A stretch of DNA of 64,000 nt, taken from the NCBI RefSeq assembly GCF_009914755.1, contig NC_060935.1; one strand, 5' to 3'. The DNA comes from the human T2T-CHM13v2.0 reference genome, Homo sapiens. Under the pieces are notes generated by a model. It was not told the origin of the DNA, did no database searches, and saw only the letters and a program-made list of their open reading frames with translations. The stretch's first letter is position 1. Every line of letters starts with the position of its first letter. This document shows positions 29,096-42,335 of this stretch, one piece after another. A program made the position numbers and the translations under genes.

Positions 29096-31739
29096 AAGTA
29101 CAGGGCACCTGGGCTAGGCCCATCACAGGCACAGCCTCTGACCAACCCTGGAAGAAGGCAACAGTAATGGAAGTTTGAAGTATGGGAAAGCACAACCTTG
29201 AACCCCTCCACGGGGAGCAGGCTCTGGCCTCCCTGAGTCCCCATCCCAGCTTCCCTTCATCCTGCAGCCTCTGCAGCTTCTGGCCAACCCTGGATAGCTA
29301 CATGGCCTTCTGGGAGCTTCAGCCCCATCGGCCTGTGGCCCCTGGAGACAAGCAGGACTGCCCCTGAGCTGCCCCTGAGTAGGGTCTGGACATCAGTACG
29401 GGGTGGAGAAAGACGGAAGAAGCCCCAGTTGTTACAACTTGGGCTCTGGTTGTGATACCCCCACTGCCTGTACACCTGCTCCTCCCCTTGGCTCCCTCTG
29501 ATGTGGGGCCCTGCCTGACCCCAGCCTCCTTTATGGGGCCTGGCTCCTCCTGCAAGCCCACCTCCCATAGAGGGATATTGAACCCCAGCCCCCACTACCT
29601 GGGTCACCAGACTTTGGGTAGTTCTCACAGAAGCAAAATTCCATAACATTATCACCATGGAAATGCCCTATGTTTCCCCTAGGTGCTTCTGGTATCTCCA
29701 TCTACTCACCTTCTCCGCACTGTTACTACTAACAGCAAGAACTCACTATTATTGAGCATTTACTAAGTGTCAGCCACTGGGCTGCCACAGTGTGACCCTG
29801 TGAGATAGGAGACATTATTATCCTCATTTTGCAGAGAGACAACCTGAGAGTCTCAGAGCGGTGAAGTCATTTGCCCAAGGGCACACGAAGCAACATGTTC
29901 TTGAAAGCGATTATTTTTGTTTATATTTCCTAAAAACAATTAGTCTCTATTACTTTTTTAAGTTTGCATATGATTGATTTTGCCCAGGTTGTGCCCATAG
30001 AAGTCCTGAGTGGGGGTCAAGGGGTAGGGAGAAGCTTCGGGGGAAGGCAGATGGGGGACACACATGCTAGAAACAGAAATTGCCACATGAGTGAAAAAAC
30101 AAGAAAAGGATTTCAATCTTTCTCCCTCCCCTGCCTCCCACTGGGGACATGCTTCCCCACTGGGGAAGAGGGAGCATTTTCTTAAGAGTCCCCAGAGCTA
30201 GGTTTGAGTTCTGGCTCTCCCACTTCCCAACAATATACCCTTGGGCAGGTCAGCGGGCCTGTCTGAGCCTCAGTTTCCTCCTCTGTAAAGAGGGCAGAGC
30301 AATAATAGCCATAATGGGTGGGGACAAGAATGAGAGCAGAGTGCTCAGCATGGTGTGAGCCCTGCGCCTGTTTGTTGCTATTTATCATTATCATTAGCTT
30401 TAAATGACAACAGTATGACCTGGGCCACAGAACCATGGCCCTACCTACACCCGGGTCCCTATGGCCACTCCCTTGTGGGCACAAACAGCAGACTGCTTCT
30501 CTGGTCTTTTGCCGACAAGATTCAAAACCCCTGTCCAGACACATTCACTGGAAATGTTCCTGAAACTCTATGGGGAGCAGCGGCTGTCCCTTCCCCACCT
30601 CTGGGGCTGCCTCGTCTACTGATGGAGGAAGTGCTCTTGAGAAACACCCAGTCGTGCCTCACATTTTACAGACTGTCCACAGGCTCCAGGGCTCTGGGTT
30701 TGATCAATTCAGAAGGGCCTGACACAGACAATCCAGGTTTGGAGGCCGACAGGGGAAAGAGCCCTGAGATCAAGTGTCAAGCGGGCACAGACTGGCTTAG
30801 CCTGGGGCTTCTTGCCAGACACAAACCAGGCCTGAACATGGTGAGGGCTGCTAGGAAGCCAGCCTGGCCAGATGCCAGAGAGGCCTGGGGGGTCTCTTGG
30901 GGCTGGCCCAGATCTCTGTCCTCCCCTGCTGCCCTCTGTCTGTGAGGCCACATCTTTAGCCCCAGGCACCGGACTGGTGATGGAAAAAGGGACCATGAGC
31001 ATACCTCTCTTTTCCAACTTTGCTGATGAGAGTCCTATTTCCCCATGAGCAGAGAGACTCCCTCACTATTCAAAGTCATATCCTCTGATGCGGGCCCTGT
31101 GACAGTTTCACAACATCGAAGGTTTAGCTGGAGTCCTGTGCACGACCACTTTTGAGAGGTTAGTGCAGCACCCACTTCACAGATGGGAAAGTAGTGGTTT
31201 GGAGAGGGCTAGGGTCCAGCTGATGGCAGCTCAGCTGTGAGCTGCTGTCTTTCCATTTGATCCAGGTCTTCTGATTCATGGTCCAGTGCTCTTTCAACCA
31301 GGCCACTATGGTTCCCATGAAAGCAATGGGTGTTTGCATCCGGCAGAGGGAACATTCCTTTTCATCCTCCTTCCAGAGGGGCTGTGGCCACCCCAAGTCT
31401 GGCAGCTTTACGAGAACAGGCTTGTAAACTCAGCAACAGCCTATAATCCTTTTTATGGGGCCTGCTATGGTAATGGACACTCATCGGCTCTCCCAGGCTA
31501 AGCCTGGTGGGTGTTGAGGGTGAGTGTCGGAGGGGAGCCAGGCCTCCTGTTAGCTCACCCCACCGCTCTCTGCTTTGGGTAAATGGTCCAAAGGGAGGGG
31601 CAGGGCCCACAGGTTTCTGAACAATGCCAGGACTGTCAGCTGGGAGCATTCTGCAGCCTGGTAGAGGAGGAAGCTACAGAGGGAAACAGTGGTCAAATCA
31701 CCCACCCTGGGCATCTACACTGGCATCACTTTGCACCCA

Positions 31740-31875
31740 GGAGCTCCAGTAGGGCGGGGAAGAGGGGAAGCATTGTTTACAATTCAAACTCCTGACTCCT
31801 CTCCAAAAACCTCCTGATTCAGAATCTCTGAAGCTGTCTCGAGGGATGTGCATTGATTCAGAGCCTTTGAGGCAG
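31740..31875. mobile_element. MER5-type hAT MITE fragment
   Basis: cctcctgattcagaatctctg..gtgcatt motif. Confidence 0.4.
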
Positions 31876-32548
31876 GCCAATATTTTATATCCACGCCAGG
31901 GAGAAGCAGAGAATAATGTCAGGGAAGTGACAGGACAGTCAGGATGGTAGATTATGCATTTACTCACTCAACAAACATTTGCAGAAATCAGGCCTAGATC
32001 TTAGGCCGGGCTGCCCTTTGCCACGGGTGGGTGGGGTCTGACCCCCCTTCACCTGTGGGGTGGCCTTGGACCCTGCCCCTTCCCTCTCTGCCATGGTGTC
32101 CTCCTCTGTCAAATGCAGAGTGTCTGTGGTCCTTTCCAGCTCTAGCACTTTTTGATGCCATCAGGGTTTCGAGAATGATGCAGGATGACCTTGTTATCCA
32201 TTAGCATGCAGGCTATTAAAAGACAGAGAGTAGATCCTGGGGAGACGCTGGGCCCTGGGCTCCAGACCAAGGGCCTTTGCCAGGCATTTCTGTCTGCTCT
32301 CCCTCACTGAGGGTGCCTGCTGTGGCTCCACGCCAGGATGGACGGATCTCAGCAGCACCTCCCTGTCTGAGCAGAGTCTGAGAGGACAAGCCATGGGGGT
32401 CTGGACACCCTTGCTTTACCATAATCTTATGGCCCCCTAAATGACAACACAGACCATGGAATCCTGGTTTAGGATTTTCAAAGTCAGATCTGGATAAGAG
32501 GTTGCTAAATGATATGTATGATACGCCCACATGTTTGTGAACCACATG

Positions 32549-32552
<4 letters not shown>

Positions 32553-32592
<40 letters not shown>

Positions 32593-32600
32593 GTGTGTGT
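32553..32600 (+). repeat. (TG)16 microsatellite with degenerate extension
   Basis: Perfect TG run at 32553-32584. Confidence 0.95.
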
Positions 32601-32650
32601 AGAAAAAAAATCTAGGTTGATGCTTCTAGACTTTAAAAATGTCTTGCTTG

Positions 32651-32951
32651 GCTGGGCACGGTGGCTGACACCTGTAATCCCAACACTTTCGAAGGTTGAG
32701 GTGGGCAGATCACCTGAGGTCAGGAGTTCAAGACCAGCCTGGCCAACATGGCAAAAACCCATCTCTACTAAAAATACAGAAAAAAAGTAGCCAGGCATGG
32801 TGGCCCACACCTGTAGTTCCAGCTACTCAGGAGGCTGAGGCACAAGAATTTCTTGAGCCCGGGAGGCAGAGATTGTAGTAAGCCGAGATTGTGCCACTGT
32901 ACTCCAAACTGGGCAATAGAGCAAGACTCTGTCTCAAAAAAAAAAAAAAAA
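32651..32951 (+). mobile_element. AluSx-like SINE
   Basis: Full dimer with poly-A tail; imperfect TSD aaaa(t)gtcttgctt / aaaagtattgctt. Confidence 0.92.
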
Positions 32952-33078
32952 GTATTGCTTTCCTCATTGTAAAGTGCAGATAATAGTAATAAGACTTAAC
33001 CCAAAGGTTGTTGGGAGGATTAACTGAAATAGTATATATGAAGCACGAAACACTTAAACAGTGCCTGGGACATCATAA

Positions 33079-33419
<341 letters not shown>

Positions 33420-33760
33420 TGATATTTTCACAACTTTGTCATACCTGGGTATCATCTATATCACTAATCTATATCATCGATATCACTAATATGTAATAAA
33501 ATTCCTCTATCTATATCACTGTATCACTAATATTTAATAAAGCTCCTCAACTCTGCTTACGTTTTTTCTTTCTACTTCAGGAAATTTATTTAAAGGGAAA
33601 TGTTATATCATTGCTATAAATGAAAAAAACAGTTTCAATTGCATGAAGAGAATAAAGAAGAAAAAATTAACAGACGGGAAATAAAATAATGTTATTAAAA
33701 GGCAGGCAGATGGTGGTGGTGGTGGTACAAGAATCTACACCTGATAAAATGGCATAAAGT

Positions 33761-33922
33761 GGCTGAGTGTGGTAGCTCATACCTGTAGTCTCAGCTACTC
33801 AAGAGGCTGAGGCAGGAGGATCACCTGAGCCTAGAAGGTCGAGGCTGTAGTGAGCTAGGATCATGCCATTGCACTCCAGCCCAAGCAACAGAGCAAGAAC
33901 CTGTCTCAATAAATAAATAAAT
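33761..33922 (+). mobile_element. Free Alu monomer (FRAM/FLAM) inserted in an old L1M 3' fragment (about 33730-34085)
   Basis: Single monomer with (AAAT)n tail. The flanks contain gcaacttcttgtgaatctgtaattatttaaaaataaaa, an L1M terminus. Confidence 0.75.
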
Positions 33923-34758
33923 AGGCATAAAACTATACACACACATTGTACTAATGTCAGTTTTGTGGTTTTAATGTTACACTATAGTTCTTTCAGAACT
34001 GGGAGAAATTGGGTGAAGAATATATACACAAGGCAACTTCTTGTGAATCTGTAATTATTTAAAAATAAAAAGTAAAAAAGAAAATCCTAAGAACACATGG
34101 TTGCCTTCTCCTAGCCTAAGCCTGGGTCTCCCTCTGTTGAAAAGAGGAACTGGCAAGTACTGATGTCAGAGATCCTAACCCCACACCAAGACTTTCTCTT
34201 TGACAAATCAGAAGGATAGAAAGAGAATTCTGAAAAGAATGCAGCTTTGTCACTCTGGGAGTCAAAGTCGTGAAACACGAAACCATCTCACATGCCAGGA
34301 GTGGTGTGTGCCCACTTTGGCTAACACTGTCCCTGGTGTCACCTCTGCTGCCTGTCTGGGACGGACGGCTTACTGCCCTGTTGTGTGGCGGAGAGGGCAC
34401 CTACTTATCCTAGGAACCACACAGCTGCAGGGCAACAGCCCCACTCTATTTAACACTGCTAACACTCCGGAACCATGGACAGGCATCGTGCTCTACCAGG
34501 CGCCCCTGGTGGCTGGCACTGAACATCGTGAAGTCAGGATGCCCGGGTCTGGTCACAGTTCTAATTGCAAAGTCACCATGTGGCCCTATGCAAGTCCATT
34601 CTGGGTTATGCCTTCTCTATCTGTAGAATGGGAGCCTGTAACATCAGATCTCACATTCCCCAAAGAAGAATCAAGAAAGAGCACTAAACCTCCGGAAATT
34701 GTAAGTCAAATGTCTGTGCATTTTTCTGGGGAGAAGGTCTAGGGCTGTGCTAACCAAG

Positions 34759-34871
34759 TCAGAGCAACCAACCATCTCAGTTTACCTGGGACTAAGGGGT
34801 TTCCTGGGACATGGGACTGTCCGTGCTAAAACCAAGATTGTCCTGGACAAACCAGAACAGCTATTTACCCA
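34759..34871 (-). mobile_element. MER81 (hAT-Blackjack MITE)
   Basis: caaccatctcagtttacctgggactaaggggtttcctgggacatgggact..gtgctaaaacc..gtcctggacaaaccag matches the recalled MER81. Confidence 0.7.
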
Positions 34872-35180
34872 AAGTGTGGCAGCCGGAGGCTATAGAGCAC
34901 TTGAAATGTGGCTAGTCCAAATTGAGATGGGCTGTATGAGTAAAATACATAGCAGATGTTGAAAACTTAGTGTGGAAAAAAGAATGTAAGCTATCTCATG
35001 AATTATTTTCATATTGGTTATATGTTGCAATGATAATATTTTGGATATATTAGGTTAAATAAAATATGTTAAAGTTTATTATTAGAATTTATTATTATTA
35101 AAATAAATTAGTTTCTTTAAAAATTGTTAATGTGACTACATAAAAAATTTAAAAATTACATCTATGGCTTACTGTATTCA
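34872..35180. mobile_element. MER33 (hAT-Charlie)
   Basis: gagcacttgaaatgtggctagtccaaattgagatg..gtaaaatacat..tgataatattttggatatattaggttaaataaaatat. Confidence 0.8.
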
Positions 35181-37479
35181 GCAGAGTCCCAAAGGGGTCT
35201 GGTCTGTGACCCTCAAAAGGCCCTTCTTGATAGGCGGTCCCAAGGTCCCTTCCAAGTTGATGATGGCACCTTTGCCTTTCTGGGTAGATGCCCAGACTTT
35301 TCTTCATTGAAGGCACTTGCATGCACCCACATCTGTGCATGGGGATCTCCACCCACTGTCCCTCTCCTTTCCTAATGGCCACCCTGCCCCCATCCTTCTG
35401 TTGAAAGACACCCCTGAAAGCCCAGGGCTTCCTCCCCTCTATGCTCCATGTGATTTTCATTTGTCTAATTAAAGCTAATCTGATAAAGGCAGGAATTGCA
35501 GAGATTGGTAAAAGCTCCAGTGAGCACAGGTCATGTCCTGATCCAAAGAGGGGGTCTTTGTCTCCCCAGCCCCAGGCAGGGGCCAGCTGGGCAATGGGTC
35601 ACCCAGGGGAGTGGGCAGAGGAGCCAAGACCAAGGAAGGGCTCTTCTTGGACAAGCTGGGCTTATATCATTGTGCTGACCATTTGCAAACACCGCCACAA
35701 AGAAGCTGAGGGAAGAGGCTAAAAAGATGAAAATACACTGAAAATCACAAGAGAAACACCCTGTGAAAAACTGAGTGGCTCAGAGGGCTAATTACAGGCT
35801 AGAGTCCTGGCCTGCTGTCCCTTCTCCTTTCTCTTCATGCCAGTGGCATCATCTAGAGAGAGAGGCCAGGGTTATGGCCGCTTCTCCAGAGAAACAGAGG
35901 AGGACTCAATATGGTAGACCGTTATCCTGTAACCACGGACACTGAGTTTTTCCAGGGCCTTGGAATCTACCCAAATTCACCCCTGGAGTCAACTTCCAAA
36001 GCCTCCCCAGAAATACACTTCTTCAAGAGGTAGAACTCCTGCAGCAGCCCCTTTGATCACAGAGGACACTGTGACACCCACCTACCAACTTACTCATCCA
36101 AAATGCTGGGAATTCAGAGATGATCTTGATGAGCTGGAATGTTCAAGTTTTTCTGTTTGCTTCAGCTCCTTAGTTTAAAATTCTCTGCTTCCTCTTAGGT
36201 GGAGGGAGGTAGTTCAGTATGGAAGATGCTGCCAGTTCATTAGTTAATTAGGCCAGAAGCATTTACCAAAGAGTTGGTGTAAAACTGACCCTCTGCTAGG
36301 AATTTTGATGGAGACAAGAGAAGAAAAAAGGGGCTCTGCCCTCCAGGAGGTCATACTGTCTTTGGAGAAGCTCAGTTTGTACACAAGAACAACCAGAGAA
36401 TAGGGTGGACATATTCAATTGCCAACTGAGCAGGGCACAGCCAGGGCTCTCAGAGATGAGAATGGAGAAGAGCACATGAGCTTCGGGTGTCAGGGCAGAC
36501 ATTTTGGAGAGGGTGTGCCTGAGCTAGCCTCATGAAATGAGAGCAAGGCTAATGGGAATAGGACTACAATGGGTAGGAAGCCAGGCCTGGATTCTACTTG
36601 GAGTTCTTGCATCCACTATGTGAGCTTGGGCAACTCAACCCCATCCTTGGGCCTCATCTTCCTCATCTGTAAAATGAGGGTAGTGACTGGGTTGACATTT
36701 TTACTGACCATGATGTTCTAGAATTTGAAGCATCAGAGAGGAGCAGGTGGGAATCCCAGGTGGAAGAAGTGTTGGAGAGCTGATAAAACTGAGAAAGCTC
36801 CTGGAAAGTGGGGGACTCGTAGCCAAACTTGTTGGGAATGGCTCCCCAAAGGCAGAGAAAGTGACCTAGCTCTTTTGCTCATTGCAGTCCATCCCAGGGC
36901 AAAAAAGGCCCATGGCCTCACTGGGGTCTCAAACAAGTGTATGCACCCAGCTGAGGTGTAGGCCAGGGCGGGTGTCATGGGAACTGGCTCTCTGCTTTTG
37001 AGGAGAGAAGGGAGATCTGACCTCAGAGGCCTTGCCTGGTGCCAGTGTTCTTTGCTAACAGACTTTGGACCATTTCCCCAGAGCCCTCTCTGGCTTTATC
37101 TATCATCTTCCCAAGAGAAGCAGAACCTCAGGTCAGAGCTGACTGTGCAGTGAATATGGGGGAGGAATGAGCTGTGGATTCTAGAGAAGTGCTAAAGACG
37201 AGTTATGCCACTTTGGTTTCATCCGTATTGGAGCTCAGTCCAGCTACAGCCCTTGTCACCCCAGCTTGGATCAACCTATGAGAACCTTTCAGGAAGTTCA
37301 CCAACAGAAACAACTGTGAGCTTCATTCCTTGCTTTGTTCTTCCAACTGAACAATTAGGAAGTGGCTGTGGAAGGCTGTTGTGCTGTTGTGTGCTAAAAA
37401 TGTGCATATGGTGTGCGAGGGCAGCTTTTCTAACACTGGAAAATATTCCATGTGGACTTTATCTCAGGCAGGCTTCAGA

Positions 37480-37722
37480 GAAATGTCTGGGGCAGTGTGT
37501 CTTCCTCTGTCCCATCACCCTGCTTTATCTTCTTCATTGACTCATCACTATCCAAAATTATTTCCTATGCTGTACTTGTTTAACCTATGCCCCCACCTCT
37601 CACATAAATGCTAGCATGTAGCTCCACGAGGAGCAGGGACTGTGTCTCTACTGGTTACTGCTCTATCCATGACCCTAGAATAAGGCCAGACACTCAACAG
37701 GTGGTGAGTAAAGGTTTGTCAA
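37480..37722 (+). mobile_element. L2 LINE 3' fragment
   Basis: ctagcatgtagctccacgaggagcagggactgtgtct..ctgctctatcc..cctagaataaggccagacac. Confidence 0.6.
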
Positions 37723-38454
37723 ATATGCAGATATGGATGTTCTGCTTGGGAATGGGACAATGTTGAACAGTGGGGTGTAGAATGCAATCAGGTGATGTGG
37801 GCTGGCGTCAGCCCGAAGGAAACAGAGGACATATTCAGGCAGGTGAATCGAAGAGAGTTAAACAAAGTCAAATGAAAGTCTCTGGCCCATGCCCTCTTCT
37901 GTCCACCCCATGGCTCCATCCTGCATCCTAAGGGGCTGTCCATGCAAATGCGGAGCTACATAAAAGCTCGGTCCTGGGCTGTTTGAAAAGGCATAGTTTG
38001 TTTCCAGGGAAATGGAAAAGGGACAAAGAAGCACAGGGGCTGGGGAGGAAGAGGATGATGACCACCTAGGCCTGAAGGGGCAGGGAGGAGGCAGTTACTG
38101 GAACCCTGAAAGCAAGCTACATAGAAAAGGTAGCCTGGTAGGAGCTGAGGCCTTTGGTAGAGGGGCATGGCTGGGCCACGGTGACCTGGCAGGGAGGGTG
38201 CTGGAACAAATGCCCTGACCTCCTTCTCCTTTTCCCTCCCACTCTCTTCACAGTGCCCCCAATTGGCAGAACCCAGCCAGAAGCCTGAGGGCAGGGGAGA
38301 CTGATGATGGAGTCTACACGGGAGATGGGTGGCTGGGGGAGTCAGTCTTGGGGGCTCCAGAGCAGTGTGGAGAAGGGTGGAGGGGGACCCAGAAGAGCAA
38401 ACGGAAAAAGTCCAGCATAGGCAGAGGAGGGGGCCATGCTGTTCTCCCATAGTT

Positions 38455-38971
38455 TCTCATTACAAACACAAAACTCTGGGCTAGAAATAACTGTAGTCGT
38501 TTTGGCATCATTTACAGTTTCTGTGGGTCAGGAATCCAGGAAGGGCTCTGCCGGGTGGTTCTGGCTTGTGGCCTCTCACGCTGTTCCAGACAGATGGAGG
38601 CTGAAGCTGGAGTGGTGAGGGGCTGAAGGGCTGGCTGAGAGCAGTTAAGTTTCTCTATGTCTTCTAGAAACTGCTAGGCATCCTACGTGGTCTCTCCATG
38701 CGAGCCACATTGTATTTCCTTACTGCATGGTGGCCTCATTGTAGTAGAACATCTTACAGGAGGCTCAGGGCTCGAGCATGGATATTCAGTGAACCCAGAA
38801 GCAGCAGCCTCACTTTTTCTGATCTACCCTTAGAAGTCAGGTAGTGTCATTCTGCCATAGTCTAGTGGTTAACCAGTCACTAAGGCTGGCCCAGACTCAA
38901 GAGGTGGGGGACCCCACATCTTCATGAAAGGAATGCCAAAGAATTTGAAGACACATTTTTTAAAGCCTGCA
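38455..38971 (-). mobile_element. MLT1H/G-like MaLR LTR
   Basis: tctgtgggtcaggaatccaggaagggctc, gtggtctctccatg, tctgatctacccttagaagtca, ggcccagactcaagagg, caaagaatttg..cattttttaaa. Confidence 0.7.
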
Positions 38972-40348
38972 GGATGAACTATAACTGAACATTATTTGGG
39001 TGTCAGCCAAAGAAGTCCAAAAAGGTGCTTGGGAGGACACAGGGACAGAATGGAAGTTTCCAACATTGTTAAGAAGTTGGATCTTTTGCATGTCTCCTTT
39101 TTAGGAGCTGAAGGACAGAGGATTGGAGAGGGAAAGTAATGGTTCTAGGGTCACACAGCTATATCTTAGCCTAGAAGAGCAGAACGCTGTCTTGAGAGAT
39201 TCTGTGCTTGGCAGTCAATAAGGAGGGGAATGAGGGGATGGTCCTGACCAATAAACCTCCAGAGCTGCTCACCCAATGCTGGAGAACTGAGAGCATTCAG
39301 CTAATTTCCTTTCACATTTGCCTTCCAGACTCCTGCAGCCTCCCTCCCTGGAAGGAAGGGAGAAAGAAAGAAAGGCAATTTGGAGACTATCAAAGAGAAT
39401 GGCTTTCACTTTCAGGGAGCTCGCTGGGAAAGATTGCTTCCAGGTGGCCTCTCCTGGGGCCCCTCCCAGCTTGGCTGGGGAGCACATGGGACTGGTGATT
39501 GGTCAGTGGGCTTGGAAAGCTGGGGGAACTACTCCCCTGGCCCCAAAAGCCTTTCCCCAGAGCTTCTGAGGCTGCCTGATTCCTGACCAGATCTCTGCTC
39601 ACAGGTCCCTCTCCTTGGGGGCCTTCGCTCATTATCTGCACAGAGTCATCACCACTGCTGCTGCAGCTTCCTCTAGGACCACCCTTAGAATGGGACACTT
39701 CTAGAACCTGACTCAGAGGGCCCTTCTCTGCCCCACCTCTGGCTGCACCCAACTCATGTAATGAGAAGCCCATGGGCTGAGGTGCTGGGCCCACCTGAAG
39801 AACACATCCTTCTTCTAGACCACACTTGGGGTCCTGAGGACTCTGGAATTCCCTGTCCAAACATTCTGAGCCTACTTCTATGACTGGGAATCTCTTCCTC
39901 TGGCCTGTTCTCTAAGGACCAGCCATGCTGCTTGTGTGAGCACCCCTAGGCCCAAGGGTGGTCCAAGGGTGCTGTTTGGCATATGGTGAGGTTGAGGAGG
40001 TAGACTGAGCTTTTATGTGGCTATGCATGTTCATGGGCAACCCCTTAGAATGTGGGATGGAGCCATGGGGTGGAGAGAAAAAAGAATGGCCAGAGACTTT
40101 CATGGGCCTTTGATGGGCCCCACATATACCAGGAGTGTTCCTGGCTTTCTATCACATCACCCTGTTTTATTTCTTCCTAGTGATTTTCACTCTGAAATGT
40201 GTTACTCCTTTTCTTTTTTCCTGCCCTTCCTTCCCCCAGTAGAAATACACCCTCAGCAGGAGCGGAGGCCTTAGGTTGCACACCTGTTTCTGAATTATGG
40301 TCCCTCTGTCTCCTTGGCAAGGGGTGGGTAGTAGTCCATGAGAATGTC

Positions 40349-40557
40349 TGTTAGTCTGTTCTCCCACTGCTATAAAGAATACTACCTGAGACTGGGTAAT
40401 TATAAAGGAAAGAGGTTCAATTGACTCACAGTTCCACAGGCTTAATTGGAAGCATGGCTAGGAGGCCTCAGGAAACTTAGAGTCATGGTGGAAGTTGAAG
40501 GGGAAGCAGGAATCTTCATCACAAGGTGGCAGGAGGGAGTGTGTTAAAGAACAAGGA
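40349..40557 (-). mobile_element. Truncated MST (MSTA/B-like) MaLR LTR, 3' ~210 bp only
   Basis: tgttagtctgttctc..tgctataaagaa.tacctgagactgggtaat..aaagagg..aattgactcacagttccacagg..gaggcctcaggaaactta; similarity stops abruptly near 40557. Confidence 0.85.
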
Positions 40558-41533
40558 AGACTGTCCTCTCTGCCCTGTGCCTTGGCCTCCTGCTGGCCTG
40601 CTTGCCACCCACTGCCCCTTCCAGCCTGGACTTTCCATTCCTCCACCAAGACCATTCCTCCAGTAATGACCCCTAACTTGCATGTGAAGAAACAGCATTC
40701 AAGTTAGCCCTCTGCACTGAATGGCCATTATTTATGCATTAAAAAAGTACATAATGTATTTTTACTCAGACTCAGATGAACAGAATGGACAAGAAGAGGG
40801 AAATGGTGCAGAAGATGATGAAACAGTGAGAAAAATGAAATCAGCTCATATTTATGGAATGCTATGTACAAGGGTTGTAGTTGCTTTTCAATCCCATGAA
40901 TCAGGTAATATTAATATTCCCATTTTACAGATAAGGAAGCTGAGGCACAAGGGGTCCATGGAGCTAGTAGGTGGCAGAGCCAGGATTTGCACTCAAGAGA
41001 AGCAGGAGAGGCAAGGCCAGGGCACCCCTCCCTGTGGTGGGGTACAGAGAGGCCCTGGGGGAATTTTGCTAAATGAATGGAAGAAATGAGCTTTGTCCCT
41101 GCCCTTGAGGGAAAGGTGACATTTAATCAGACTGACAGGACCCTCCAGGATGAAGCACTGCAATGCAGGAGAGGCATGCAGTTGAGGGAGCCAGTCTGTA
41201 CTGGGCCCAGGGTTCCCTGACCCCGCTGTGTCGCTATGTCTGGTGTCAAGGGCTGGGATGGGTCTTTTGTCTCTGGTTTCCATATACCCCTAGCCCCGTA
41301 ATGGTCTGCCTGGCTTGACGCAGAGTAGGTGCTCACTCAATACTCACTGCCCTGTGATGGGGCACGCACCCGCCATGGGGACAGGCTCTCCAGGGTGGGG
41401 CCAGCACAGGGATCCACTGAGATCTCAGTGCTGTCTGGCAGACTGTCCTCCCTGCCCTGTGCCCTGGCCTCTTGCTGGCCTGCTTGCCACCTACTGCCCC
41501 TTCCAGCCTGGACCTTCCATTCCTCCACCAAGA
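40558..41533 (+). repeat. 94-bp dispersed direct repeat (copies 40558-40651 and 41440-41533)
   Basis: Manual alignment gives 89/94 identical, no gaps; all 5 differences are C/T. Confidence 0.95.
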
Positions 41534-41877
41534 TGTCCCAACAATGCATTCTCTCTTCTGGGCCAAGTCGGGGTTGGGGCATGTGAGGTGAGACTGAGAA
41601 TCCAGCTGAGAAAATTGGCTGGATTTCTCGGTAATGGGCACATTCCTGTCTCTGAGCCTTTCTTGTCTCATGTGTCCTCTTCAAAACCTCATCTCAGGTG
41701 CCAGCTTTCAGATGGCTTCTCCAGCCCTACCCTGGTCATCCAGGAGCTGGAAGGAGAGGTGAGGGAAGGGGCCCAGTGGGAAAAAACGGAGCAAAGGAGG
41801 AGCTGCAGGTCCCTCCTCTCTTCCACACCCACGTCACCTAACTCATTCTATTGAGCCATTGTTTTTTGCTAGTTAGT

Positions 41878-42335
41878 TTTGTTTAATTGTGGTAAAATAA
41901 ACATAACATTTACCATTTTATACCATTTTAATTGTACAGTTCAGTAGGTTAAGTATACTCACATTGCTGTGAATCACATCTCCAGAATTTTTCCATCTCG
42001 CAAATCTGAAACTCTGTGCCCATTAAACAACTCATTTCCCTCTGCCCCCAGCCCCTGGCAACCCCTGTTCTACTTTCCATCTCCAGGAATTTACTGCTCT
42101 AGGTGTCTTGCTTTAATTGGAATCATATAGTGATTGTCTTTTTTTGTGACTGGCTTATTTCATTTAGCATAATGTCCTTAATACATCCATATCACAGCAT
42201 GTATCAGAATTTCTTTTCTTTTCAAGGCTGAATAATATTCTATTGTACGGATAGACCACATTTTGCTTATCCACTCACCTGTCAATGGACACTTGGGTTG
42301 CTTCCACCTGCTGGTTATTGTGAATAATGCTGCTA
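41878..42335 (-). mobile_element. L1MB-type 3' end
   Basis: ttgtggtaaaata..tgtacagttcagt..ctgaaactctgtgcccattaaacaa..ggctgaataatattctattgt..tggacacttgggttgcttccacc. Confidence 0.85.

Noticed and set aside
30355-30945. 196-aa ORF
   Set aside because: Non-ATG start, no recognisable domain, begins in a MIR tail; this length is expected by chance in GC-rich DNA.
34499-34512. CTCF-like ccaccaggggcgc on the minus strand
   Set aside because: One G short in the core, which shifts the invariant GGC.
34200-34742. 180-aa ORF
   Set aside because: Non-ATG start, runs through MIR/DNA-transposon-like sequence, no protein motif.
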